Shown here: in pieces, positions 1 to 10,770 of the stretch
Layout of the letters: the number at the start of each line of letters is the position of its first letter
Numbering within the stretch: position 1 is the stretch's first letter
From: Raja brachyura
Taxonomy: Eukaryota
Direction of reading: 5' to 3'
DNA: 64,000 nt
Assembly: GCA_963514005.1 (NCBI GenBank)
Contig: OY740810.1
Span: 496,001-560,000, forward strand
The notes under the pieces: generated by a model
What the model saw: the letters and a program-made list of their open reading frames with translations, nothing else
The model's database searches: none
What the model was told of the DNA's origin: nothing
Position numbers and translations under genes: made by a program

Positions 1-89
1 CCTCGGCAATTGGCATTGCTCCTCAGTTCCGTGACTTGAGGGAAATGATCAGATGAAAATCATAAAACTACAGATAATGGAAATCTGGA

Positions 90-560
90 CTAAATGCAGA
101 AAATACAGGCAAAATTCATCAGGTCAGGCAGCATCTGTGGAAAGAGAAACAAAGTTAGTTTTGGGTCGAAGACCCTCTGTCAAAATTGGAAAAGGGAGAA
201 AACAAGTTTGTTTCGAGCAGCAGAGAGAGTGGGGGAGGCTGGAGAGGAGTGTGTGCAGTCTGGTGGTTCGTGATTTCATGCTGTCGTGATTACCAGTTTA
301 ATGGAGTCATCTCGTCGCTTGGTTAATGACGGAGAGAAAATGTCAAAGGATCAATTAAAAACTGAAATGCAGAGTGGACCGGGCAGTGTAAGTGGAGAGC
401 GAAAAATTGGATGAAATGTACAGATAAATAATGACTGGTCAGTTCTAAATCAAACACAAAAAGTGAGTTACCTGAAATTGTTGAGTTGATAATGAATCAG
501 GAATCTGTAATGTGCAATGATGGATGAACGAGTGAAGGCTATCGTCCATGTGCTGGGAAC
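90..560 (-). mobile_element. Old degenerate Penelope-like element 3' fragment
   Basis: caggtcaggcagcatctgtgga...ttttgggtcgaagaccct at ~120-178 resembles the pLTR end at 25300-25380; ttacctgaaattgttgagttgataatg resembles the endonuclease-end region near 25490-25520. Confidence 0.4.
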
Positions 561-1014
561 TGGGATGAATATAGATTGGTGCTTGATTAGTGCATGGACA
601 TGATGGGCTGAAGGGCCTGTTTCTGTGACGGGGTGACTCCATTACAACACAAGCTCCAGGAGACTGGAGAATGATAATGTTATAATTGTTTCGAAGAATA
701 AAAGGTGATCACATTTGGATGAAGATGATGAAGAGATAGACGGACAGAGTTGAGGCACTGCTTGCGTAGTTTGTAGTTCTGGGACACAATCTTGGGGCTG
801 CTGTTCTTGTGCAGAGGGGAGCAGGGGGAAGGGTGACCTGTATCCTTAATACTTAGCTGTCTTATGTTTTCTGAAAAATTGGATTTTTATTATAATATGT
901 AAATATCAAAAAGTAGAAGCTACTCTGGGACAAACCTCTCTTCACCACGTTAATGATTCCTAAAGCATTCACTGGCATCTATGTTGGAATCCAGGAGAAA
1001 CTACAAGGGATGTT

Positions 1015-1031
1015 CTGCCCTCTGGTGGCCA
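1015..1031 (-). promoter_or_regulatory. Candidate CTCF-binding site
   Basis: Minus strand TGGCCACCAGAGGGCAG closely matches the vertebrate CTCF core consensus; lies in apparently unique sequence; motif match only. Confidence 0.45.
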
Positions 1032-1132
1032 GTTAAATTGTTGCCTTCTTGAAGCAGTTTGTAATAAGAGTGAGCAAGCATGATGGACTGTAAGGTGAAG
1101 TGAACTCCGAAAGTAGAGAATGGAGTTTCCAT

Positions 1133-1362
1133 TGTGTAGCAAGGAACTGCAGATGCTGGTTTAAACCGAAGATAGACACAAAAAGCTGGAGTTAGTCAGC
1201 GGGACAGGTAGCATCTCTGGAGAAAAGGTGACATTTCGGGTCGAGACCCTTCTTCAGACTCCTTCTTCTGTCTGAAGATAGGTCTCGACCAGAAACATCA
1301 CATATTCGTTTTCCAAGATGCTGCGTGACCCACTGAGCTACTCCAGTGTTTTGGGTCTATCT
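1133..1362. mobile_element. Fold-back (inverted) pair of Penelope-like pLTR ends with hammerhead-like motifs
   Basis: Left arm ...ggtgacatttcgggtcgagacccttcttcagac is followed by the inverted arm tctgaagataggtctcgaccagaaacatcac...gatgctgcgtgacccactgagctactccag. Confidence 0.7.
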
Positions 1363-2044
1363 GGAGTTTCAATTGTTGTTTGATTGGCTACTTGAACTAT
1401 AAACTGATGTTAGGCTAATCTGTGACTGCACCCGGAGGGCAAAGTCTTGGTGTTGGTGTCAGGAGCGTGATTAGAGGGCAACGTGTTTGGTTTTGTTGAA
1501 GCATGGGGAAAAAAGAAGAAAAGCTATCCTGAGTAATGGCACATTAGAGTAGGACATTGCGGGTAAATTTAACTCATCTTACTGAGTGTACACTCACCTG
1601 GTGGGTGTGAATGTTTCTCACAACCTGTCATGACACTCCACCATGTGAGCGTAAAGCCACCTGTGTATCGTGTTAGCTCAGTGAAAGGTACGGTTGGGTT
1701 GAAATACCATCTTTGACTTTGGCAGAGAGATGATGCAGAAAGTAGAAGTGTGAGATGAGGAGACTAGATGTAACCTTTCGATGAATGTTGCATCTAAACC
1801 TTAACAATCTGGAATCCGAAGTCTGGTTAGCTTTTTATTTTGCCCAGTTTTAACTACATGGACTTGCGAATTGTAAGTTGTGTTTAATTCAGTTTAGTTG
1901 AGTATAGTTTATTGTCACGTGTACTGTGAAAAGCTTTTGTTGCATGCTAACCAGTCAGCGGAAAGGAGACCCCCTTCACATTGCTCACAGTTTTGTCTTA
2001 AATTTGAACACCAAGATCTGGTAATGTTTGTAATGAATGAAACC

Positions 2045-2590
2045 TGCAAATAAGATTTAGAGGATGTAAGGGGCAACTTGTTCACACAAAGGGTGGTGGG
2101 TTTATGATATGAGCTGCCAGAGGATGTGCTCAAAATTAGTCTATTACCCCCTCTCTTAGGCCCCCCTCAGTCATGGCTGACCATGGGTGTCTCCAGGGTG
2201 TTATTCCCTATATGGAGGACGCCTGTGCGTGACTTTGTTTAATTAGTGCACAGATAGCCACCACACGGTCCTTGACAGATCCGGGTCAGGATCCAGTGGC
2301 ATGGAGTCCAAGACGACCGGAGACCCTTTTCTGCTGCAGCCTTCATCCGCCTTCCCAGCCGGAGGATAAGGTCAGCCATCATCCTCCGCCTGTTCCACTG
2401 TTGAGGTCCTGGTTGGATTGCTCTTTGTCAAAATTTGTGCAATTACAATATTTGGACAGGTGCTTTATAAGGAAGGTTTAGAAGGATATAGGTCAAATGC
2501 ATGAAAAATGATTTGCTTTGATAGGCATCATGGATAGCATTGACAAGTTGGGCTGATGGGCCTGTTTCCATTCTGTATAATTCTCTGCAT
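2045..2590 (+). mobile_element. Old CR1 3' fragment interrupted by an unclassified ~290-bp insert (~2147-2432)
   Basis: gggcaacttgttcacacaaagggtggtggg...gagctgccagagga, then tttggacaggtgc...aagttgggctgatgggcctgtttcc, matching the CR1 3' end at 10170-10380. Confidence 0.5.
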
Positions 2591-3749
2591 CAAAATAAGA
2601 GAAATAATTAAAACCTTGTGCACCATTTACATAGAATATGCACCAACATGTTCACAGTCAAAATATGGAAGCAAATTTGATATCAAGCCACATGGTGACA
2701 TTTAGGTAAATGAACAGAGATTGGTTAAAGAGCTAAAATATAAAAATCCAAAATATAGAACCTTGGGAACGAAAGACACAGACAACGTTTTCAACCATTA
2801 AAATTGATAGATTAGGAGTTTAAAAGTTTTACATGCTAATTTTAACATAGAAGACATTTCTGAATGGCCTCTGACGGAAGGAAAACTGGAGGCAGTGGAA
2901 ATTGGAGACTATTCATTCGGACGTGCTGTCAAAGAAAATGAACCATGGAGAGCTTTTGTTGTATGGAATGTACCATTATTATCCGTTGCAAGTTGGAGTT
3001 TGAAAGATGATCATAAATGCACTGCTGGGGAAGTGTTTTTTAAGCAGATATGTTATTGGCATTTAATAGACTTTTGGATAGACACGTGGATATGCAGGGA
3101 ATGGAGGGATATGGGATATGGGTTATGTGCCGTGTGGCATCGCGGAAGTGCCAGGGTGACCATGACTGCACCAACACTGGTAGTAGGGTAATGTCAGTAA
3201 AAATGTTTAATTTTGAATGGCGAGAAAGTCCGGGTCCATGGGGGCACTCAGTCCCTCGTCGTCAGTGAGGAGGAGCTGGCCATGTTGGACACTCTCATCA
3301 GCAGGAGTTGCTGCAGGTCTCAGGCTTCCTCCAAGCCTGTGGAAAGAGATGGCATTAGTGAGGGGTCTTCTACTTTCCTCCCTGCCTTGCTTTCTCTTGG
3401 CCAAACATCCCATGATTCATGAGAGTGGAGCTGATGAGCTGTGGCTGTTGCTCCAATTCCAGCTCATTGCTCACAGCTTTGTCGGGCCTCGGCTCCATCC
3501 AGAGAGCAGCTCATTGGATTCTCATGGCCTCTCTGCCAATGCTGGGGAACGCAGGGCCCAATGGGAGGATGTAGAGAAGGAATGGTCTTGGCCTCATTAT
3601 CAACACTGACATTGTGGGCCGAAGGGCCTGTTCTTGCACTATATTGCCTTATGTTGCATGTTGTACAAACTCTCTGCAACTTATTATAATTGGGAAATAA
3701 CCTGAATGGAAAATTTGTGAAGACATTTTTTCAGCTATTTGATTTCCAA

Positions 3750-3811
3750 TTTTACTTCGGAGTCACGTGAGTGACTTCGTGAAGACCCCGCCAGGCACGC
3801 ATGCGCGACAT
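3750..3811 (+). repeat. DIRS left terminus (left extension + left ITR)
   Basis: 3776-3811 is the exact reverse complement of 8845-8880 (36/36); 3750-3785 is the exact reverse complement of 8628-8663 (36/36). Confidence 0.95.
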
Positions 3812-4049
3812 ATCGTCGACCGCATGCGAGCGACAGGCAGGGAGGAGCGTTGCTCCTCTGCTGCTGGGACCTGCAGGTAAGTAAAACACTAACCTGCGGT
3901 CTTTTTCTTCTAGGTGGCCCTGTCGCAGGGTCTCGCAGCCGCCTCGGATCTGACTGCTGCGGCAGTCAGCGGCGGCTCCAATAGTTGGAGTCGGGAAGCC
4001 CGTTGACCCAGGAGGGTCCGGGCTCATACACTCGCCGGCGGAGGACGGC

Positions 4050-4570
4050 AGAGGCAGCCCGACTCCACACCGCAGCCCGCAGGGGACGCCGCGGGCGAAA
4101 AGGAATGGGGCTTGCCGGCTCGCTGTCAAAAGTTCGCGACGGCAGCGCGGCAGCCCCGACTCTACACCTCAGCCCGCGGGGAACACCGCGGGTTGGCGGT
4201 GTACATGTAGGCGTGGGGCTTGCAGGCTCGCCGTTCAAAGTAGGAACGGTAGAGCGGCAGCCCCGACTCTACACTGCAGCCGCGGGGGATACTGCGGGCT
4301 GGCGGTGTGCATGCAGGAGTCGGGCTTGCAGGCTCGCCGTCAGAAGTTTCAACGGCGGAGCGGCAGCCCCGACTCTACACCACAGCCCGCGGGGGTGATA
4401 CTGCGGGCTGGCGGTGTGCATGTGGTGTAGGGCTTGCTGTGCTTGCCATGGGCAGCAGCCCGACTCTACACCGCAGCCTGCAGGGGTTCTGCGGGTTGCT
4501 GGCATTCAGGGAGAAGCAGGCTTGCAAGCAAAGGCAGCCTGACTCCACACTGCAACTGCAGGGATTCTGT
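4050..4570 (+). repeat. About 6 imperfect 80-107-bp GC-rich tandem units in the DIRS 5' region
   Basis: Motif ggcagc(c)ccgactctacac recurs at ~4052, 4149, 4256, 4362, 4455, 4533. Confidence 0.85.
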
Positions 4571-5169
4571 GGCCTGGCTACATTAAAGTGCCCTGCTACT
4601 CTAGGGTATGCATTGTCTTCAAGAAGTTCCGACTGCCAACATATAAAAGTTATTAAAGCATGAGAGGCTGGTCACCATACTTCTTAAAGACCCTCAGGTA
4701 AGATACTAACTTTGAATAGCTAAGCGTCTGTATTCGAGTTTGCTCACAGAGGGATGGAGACCAGAATGAAGGCAGCGAAGCAGGTCTCCAAGGGCCGTGC
4801 GACTTCAGATGGGAGTCAGCGGCCACCATTCCAGAAGAACGCGGAGGTCGGGGAGCCCTGCGCAGCCAGGACCCGTCTCTCCACCACGGCTGACCATGGG
4901 GCCGCAAAATGGTGGAGCACCGCGTGGGAGCAGGATGGGCAAGACCTGGACTCCCTACCACTCTCACCTATGCATAGTGACTGTGGGGCAAAGGTGCGTA
5001 AACATGTGACCCGCTCGGCGGCTCGTTTTGTCTCTCCTACTATGCAGGTATCAGAGATGGGGAGAGCTGCGCACAGGTCATGCCCCGCTGCAGTGGGAGG
5101 CATCGACATACCGCCGGGGGTAACCTGCTAGACTGCAGGCCGGTGATGGACCTGCTGGAAATCAGGGAG

Positions 5170-5740
5170 CCCTGCAGGAGCAGGAGGTACCGGTGTCCAC
5201 CGGAACAGGCTGCCGGAGCGCAGACCGGTGGCAGCAGTTTACGGCTAGGCAACCCCATTGCTACGGGTAACGCCGGCTATGCGCCCTCATGGACCCGTGT
5301 GGTTAAGGGTGACGGCAAGCCTGCACGGACAGCGGAGCCGGTATTGGGGACCGGTACCGATCCTTCCCTCTGCCTTCCCACCAGGCAGAGGTGCCGCTTA
5401 GGTCCAAACGACGGCGGACTAGCGGTATGTCCGTGCAGGAGTCGTACAGCCTGCGGCAGCAGGAGGTACCGGCACTGCACCGGAACAGGCTGCCGGAGCG
5501 CAGACCGGTGGCAGCAGAATACGGTTAGGCAATCCCGTTGCTGCGGGTAAAGCCAGCCAAGCGCCGTCACAGACCCCTGGGGGTGAGGGTGACGGTGTGC
5601 CTGCACAGACCACGGACCGGTATTGGGGACCGGTTCCGACTCCTTTCCTCTGCCTGCTCGTCAGGTAGAGAGGCCGCTAAGGTCCGAGGGATGCCGGGCT
5701 AGCGGGTTGTCCGTGCGGAAGTCGTTCAGCCCCGCAGGAG
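5170..5740 (+). repeat. Two diverged ~279-bp tandem copies inside DIRS
   Basis: caggaggtaccgg...caccggaacaggctgccggagcgcagaccggtggcagcag at 5181 and 5460; ccggtattggggaccggt also duplicated. Confidence 0.9.
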
Positions 5741-5859
5741 CGGGTGCTGACGAGTACCTGTCAGCCACTTCGTTGAGGTGTGACCTACTGGCAGAAGCCC
5801 CAGCGACTCATCAGGGCCTGGGGAAGTCGACCTGTTGTCCGTGTGTAGCGGCAGCGGTC

Positions 5860-6730
5860 GCATGGCTAGGATGGAGCTAATGGTGGAGCAACTATATCAG
5901 CAGGACCTGGGTCGGCAAGAGCAGGAGTCTCAGCGGTCTGGGAGTTCGGATCATGACCACCACCTTCAATCTCACCTTCGTCCATCGGGAGTGCTAGCAT
6001 TCAACAGATGGCCGATTTGACAAAGCAGCGGCAGCAGAAGAGCCCACTGCTCTCGATCCAGAAGAAGAAGTTGGAGGTGTCGAAAATCCGAAACCTGTTT
6101 TCAGGGGTACCGCTGCACTCTACATTGGCAGTAAGTATTAATTCTTGACGACACACCAGTTCCTAGACCAGGTGCTTTCAGAAACACGGAGAAGTACAAG
6201 GATCCTGGAAACTGTGTTACCCTGAACGTCCCGAGGGTCGACTCAGCCATCTGAGGGAACATAATTTCCAATGCGAGGGAACAAGAGATGAAGAGGCAGA
6301 AAATTCTGAAGCTATTGGCGTCGGGCATCACGGCGCTCATCAGGACCCTCGATGGGGCAGGTGCATCCGCAGAGCAGCAGGATGCTCTAGCCCTCCTGTG
6401 TAGCACACTTCGGGAAACTGTTTTAGTCAGAGCTCCATCCGGCCCGACATTAACCCTGAATTCGCTGGGTTGGGTCGTACCTCCACCACACCTCCAAGAC
6501 AGCTGTTTGGGGAGGACCTGCCCAAGCCGGTCAAAGACGAGGCCATCAAGAACACATCCGCACCAGCTCCCCAACAGCAGAAGCCTTGTTAGGGCAGAGC
6601 CAGCATAGACTACCTCACCACACACCAGCTGCAGGAACAAGGATTTACCGAGGCGATCGAGCAGCACCCAGCAAAGAAGGAATACTAGAAACCAGAACGT
6701 CAGGCTCGCCGGTAACCATGGAGGTAAGGG
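5860..6730 (+). pseudogene. DIRS ORF1 (gag-like) remnant, frameshifted
   Basis: ORF 6288-6608 KRQKILKLLASGITALIRTLDG...QQDALALLCST aligns by eye with KMQRVLKLLVSGIMVFTRTMEG...HQEALGLLCST of ORF 62598-63188. Confidence 0.8.
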
Positions 6731-7700
6731 GGCCTGGTTCTCTTGGAAGTGCTGCATGCATAACCTCACAAGTAGGAGGGAGGTACATACATTCTGCGGC
6801 TTTGTTTGTCACTATCCAGGGAACAGAGCTATAGCCATAATAGATTCATGTAACAGCCTTGCTTGCGCCAGGGAACTGACTTTCGACATGCTGCTAAGCT
6901 ATGGGTAAATTGGAGCTACATTCCAGCCACATAATTGGGTCGTTACGCTATCAAAGCTTGGGTGAATAAGCAAAATCTCGGCATGTATAGCGAATGCTTA
7001 CAATTACGAGCTTAAGCAGCTGCCAATCCAAGCATAATTGAGGTACAACGGTGGATTAGCAATGGTTGTGATTGTTAAATCCCATCATTACATCAAACCT
7101 AGTAGTCGCGTTACAAACCGACGCAAGCGCCGAGGGCTGGGGAACTACTGACACCATTCCAGGTGGGGCGGTAAATGGGATTGCATGAGTCTACTTTCTT
7201 CAATCACAAGGTATAAACTGTTTAGAAATGCTGGGAGCATGTCCAGGGCTGCGCATTAATGTACTAATCTGCAGCATACGTATGTTCGTCTTCAAAATAA
7301 TACCACTGAGGAGGCATATTAAACCTTATGGGTGGCGTCAAGTTAATATCTTGGGATGAATTGGAAACATTAATTTGGCTCTGGTGGATTGAAAGAAATT
7401 TGAGTTCAGCTATGTACCTTCTGGATAAGCTCAATATAGTGGCGGACACCAGGTCACAAGTATTAATAACGACATCAAGTAGATTGAACCTCCAAATATC
7501 TGCTAAAATTATAGCCTAATATGGAATACCAGATTTCGACCTCTTTGCGTCCAGGTTGAGCCATTGGATACTAACATATGTCTTGAGAACTAGATCCTGG
7601 GGCAGTGGCGATGGACGCGTTTTCGCTACGTTGGGGGGAAATGCGGGGTTTCTATGTTTTCCCCATTCTGCTTCATCAGACAGGTGCTGCAGGATACGCA
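6720..7700 (+). pseudogene. DIRS pol remnant: RNase H and methyltransferase-like domains, RT core missing
   Basis: LQTDASAEGWG (7111), GINCLEMLGA, IWLWWIERN..LNIVADTRS, GIPDFDLFASRL (7523), AMDAFSLRW; no YLDD region; many frameshifts and stops. Confidence 0.85.
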
Positions 7701-7719
7701 ACCAGGCTCTGCAACATAA

Positions 7720-8420
7720 AGGACCATGGATGTCAAACAGCATCGTGCAGAGAGAGTCCAGTAGGAAGCAGTACCTCGCCTACATAAGGATATGGGAGGT
7801 TTCTGTAGTCGGACCTAGACCATCTACATATCTGCTATACTCTCCAAGGTGCTGGAATACTCATGGGTCGTCATTATGACGAGTCCCTCAGTTACAGTGC
7901 TGTATACAGTGCCAGGAGTGCATTGTCGTCCTATCGCTAGATTGGACTGGGATGAGGTAGTGTTGACCCTCCTCAGGAGCTGGTCGCCTATGATGGACTT
8001 ACTCACCTTCAAAGTGCTTATGATAATGGCACTGAACACAGCTCAACAGGTCATGACTTTACAGGAATTAAACCTGGATAGAATGATCGGACCATACTAA
8101 GGTAACTTCTTTACAGAAGAATTACTTACACTACACAGACCTGGGACTACACGTCTGCAAATGGGCATCAGATGTATGGAGACGGGTCTGTTTCAGCCAT
8201 GGTAACCCACGTCACAGGGTGATTGTGCAGACTATCTCCAGATGACACGAGGTGGTTTTCGGTGCAGCAGGTAAGACACTAATATTTTAAATGTCATTCT
8301 ATCAGGGCTGCATCCACATCAGTGGCAAGGACTATGGCGGTGTTCATGGATTTTGGCCTCGCAATAGCGAGCTGGGCCAGTGAATCTACACTTCAGCGGT
8401 TTTATAACTGATTTATAACC
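7720..8420 (+). pseudogene. DIRS tyrosine recombinase remnant
   Basis: WDEVVLTLLRSW..LTFKVLMIMALNTAQQV (ORF 7849-8100), HSIRAASTS (8295), ASWASESTLQRFYN (8367); DIRS YR motifs HxxR, W, FY; frames broken. Confidence 0.85.
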
Positions 8421-8627
8421 GCTCCCGCAACGTTGGCGGATTCAGTTTTAAGTGCTGTTCCCTAAACGTTTGTCCCCGAGTTCAGGGGGTTATTGTTGTA
8501 TTAACAAATGTTATTATTTTTTCAGCTTGTTCAAGTCTGGAATACGTTAACATACTTCCTCCATCAGAATTACGGCAGTGTGTGAGCATGGGCGTGGTCC
8601 AGGGCATGTAATCACAGAGCTTTGAAA

Positions 8628-8740
8628 TCTTCACGAAGTCACTCACGTGACTCCGAAGTAAAATAGTAAGATTAAACAAGAACTTACCAGTTTGAAGTTT
8701 GATCTTTATTTTATGAGGAGTTGCGATGAGGGATTTCGTG
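8628..8740 (+). repeat. DIRS internal complementary region (ICR)
   Basis: 8628-8663 = reverse complement of 3750-3785; 8660-8740 = reverse complement of 8875-8955 (81/81); the halves overlap in AAAA. Confidence 0.95.
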
Positions 8741-8844
8741 CCCTCCGCTCCCAACCCTCTATTATATATTCAACTGGTATGGTCAAGTTTTAATCTTACT
8801 ATCTTCGGTTTGTGATCTGTGATTCCACACCGCTGCTTTGAAGA

Positions 8845-8955
8845 ATGTCGCGCATGCGTGCCTGGCGGGGTCTTCACGAAATCCCTCATCGCAACTCCTC
8901 ATAAAATAAAGATCAAACTTCAAACTGGTAAGTTCTTGTTTAATCTTACTATTTT
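8845..8955 (+). repeat. DIRS right ITR plus right extension
   Basis: Exact matches to the left ITR and to the ICR; ends ...cttactatttt. Confidence 0.95.
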
Positions 8956-9879
8956 AGTCTGACTTGCGCCGTTTTATGACAATAATCAGACATTTATTTC
9001 CTCTGATTTATTTCCATAATTTTTCCGATGGTTAGTCATTCTTAGTATTTTTATGTTGCCATTTTTAACTTATTTGGATAATAAAGCAGACATTTCTTTG
9101 GTAGCAAAAACTATTTGAAAGAATCAGAATAATTGGCTCTTCTCTGACAGGTGGAATGACTTTGATCGGGAAATGTGAAATGTCTGATACAACTCACAAA
9201 TGTTAGATCCAAAACACGTAATTCTGTTGTCCGATTCTTGCTGTTGACATCTACCACCAACCCAACACGTCTGCACTCACAAAAAGGGATTCAGACTGAA
9301 AAACACTTAAGGCAAGGCAATGTTCATCAATTTAATCCCCTCCCCATCCCAAACCATTTAACTGTTTGTTACAAAAATAGTTTTGACATGTTGCCTGTGC
9401 TTTCCAGCAGAGAGAAAGGATTTGCTGCCTTAATTCTGAACTGAAGTGCGCCCTGCTGACAACTGCAATTTTCTTAATGGCACTAATATAAGAAATTGAA
9501 TAAATCGTCTGGGATGACAAGTTCTGAAAGGCTCCGCTAATCTTCATATATCGTAAAGATTCACTGTCCTTTCATTGAAAAACCCATGCAGGTTGTTTTC
9601 CTGCATTCTCACAAGTTGAGTGAACAGTCTTCATCCACGATCAACTTGCACCTTCCACGTCATTTCACGCAGGTTCTAAATTTCACCAAACTTGTTGATG
9701 TGTTGTGATGGGTTTCTGCTGTCTCCATCCCTCAGTCTCAACAGGTGCAGAGTAAAGATAATCAGGTTCCCTCCTGGTCACTAGTAGGTGTCCCAGTGTG
9801 GGACCCCAAGTGCCAGTCAGCATCAATCCATGATATTCTTCACTCTCTCACCTATGCTTGCTTGACTGATTTTCACTAT

Positions 9880-10380
9880 TATGTTCAGTTTTGGTCACCG
9901 TGCTACAGGAAAGCTATTGTCAAGTTGAAAAGGGTGCGGAGAAGATTTACAAGGATGTTTCCAGGACTTGAGGGGCTGAGATACAGGGAGAGGTTGAGCA
10001 GGCTGGGAGTCTATTTCTTGGAGGATAGGAGGATGAGGAATGATCTTAGAGGTGTACAGGATCATGAAGAATAGATCGGGAAAATGCACAGCCTTTTGCC
10101 TAGAGTAGGGGAATTGAGAATCAGAGGACATGTTTAAGGAGAAGGGGGAAAGACTTAATAGGAACCTGAGGGGTAACTTTTTTACACAAAATATGGTGGG
10201 TGTATGGAATGAGCTGTTGGTAGAGCTTGTTGAGGCAGGCACTATCATCATTTAAAAAAAGATATTTGCACAGGTGCTTGGATAGGATAGGTTTACAAGT
10301 GGGATGTGTAGATGGGGCATGTTGGTCGGCAGGGGAAAGTTGGGCTGAAGAGCTTGTTTCCACGTGGTTTGACTATGACT
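9880..10380 (+). mobile_element. Older CR1 3' fragment
   Basis: VQFWSPCYRKAIVKLKRVRRRFTRMFPGLEGLRYRERL in ORF 9745-10074; ends gggctgaagagcttgtttcc...gactatgact. Confidence 0.85.
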
Positions 10381-10620
10381 GAGGTACATAGGTAGGGAGA
10401 AAGGACAGGCAAGACGGACATATAAGTGGCCTGCCTGCCTATAAAGACTATTGCTAACTAAAGGGATGGATGCTGTTTCTCCTGTTCCCTATAATAATTA
10501 ATAAGGATAGTACATCTTTGTAAACATATTTCCAAGCATTAAGGTTTTGGTATAAATCTTTCTGTGACCAAGCTCAATTCATCTGTGGATTATTTTAGGC
10601 TTTTATGACTATTCTACAAT

Positions 10621-10706
10621 GAGTCTCGACCCGAAACGTCACCTCTTCCTTCTCTCCAGAGATGCTGGCTGACCCGCTGAGTTACTCCAGCATTTTGTGT
10701 CTACCT
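10621..10706 (+). mobile_element. Penelope-like pLTR end fragment
   Basis: gtctcgacccgaaacgtcacc...gatgctggctgacccgctgagttactccagcattttgtgtctacctt matches the reverse complement of 25286-25370. Confidence 0.75.
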
Positions 10707-10770
10707 TCCTACAATGACATAAAGATTAGTAACTGGCTGCAATATACTCTACATTTCAAGAATAATAACT

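Larger units (their letters stand above)
3750..8955 (+). mobile_element. DIRS1-type tyrosine-recombinase retrotransposon; complete termini, RT deleted, coding region degenerate
   Basis: Left end 3750-3811, ICR 8628-8740, right ITR 8845-8880 and right extension to 8955, all matching perfectly; remnants of gag, RNase H, methyltransferase-like and YR domains in canonical order. Confidence 0.95.

Noticed and set aside
2851-3191. Possible coding exon after ttttaacatag (ORF 2895-3191)
   Set aside because: No recognisable protein and no convincing donor; the distal part runs into degenerate CR1-tail-like sequence.
3190-3560. Possible ancient Tx1/L1 3' remnant (LLAKHPMIHES)
   Set aside because: Similarity is too faint to support by eye.
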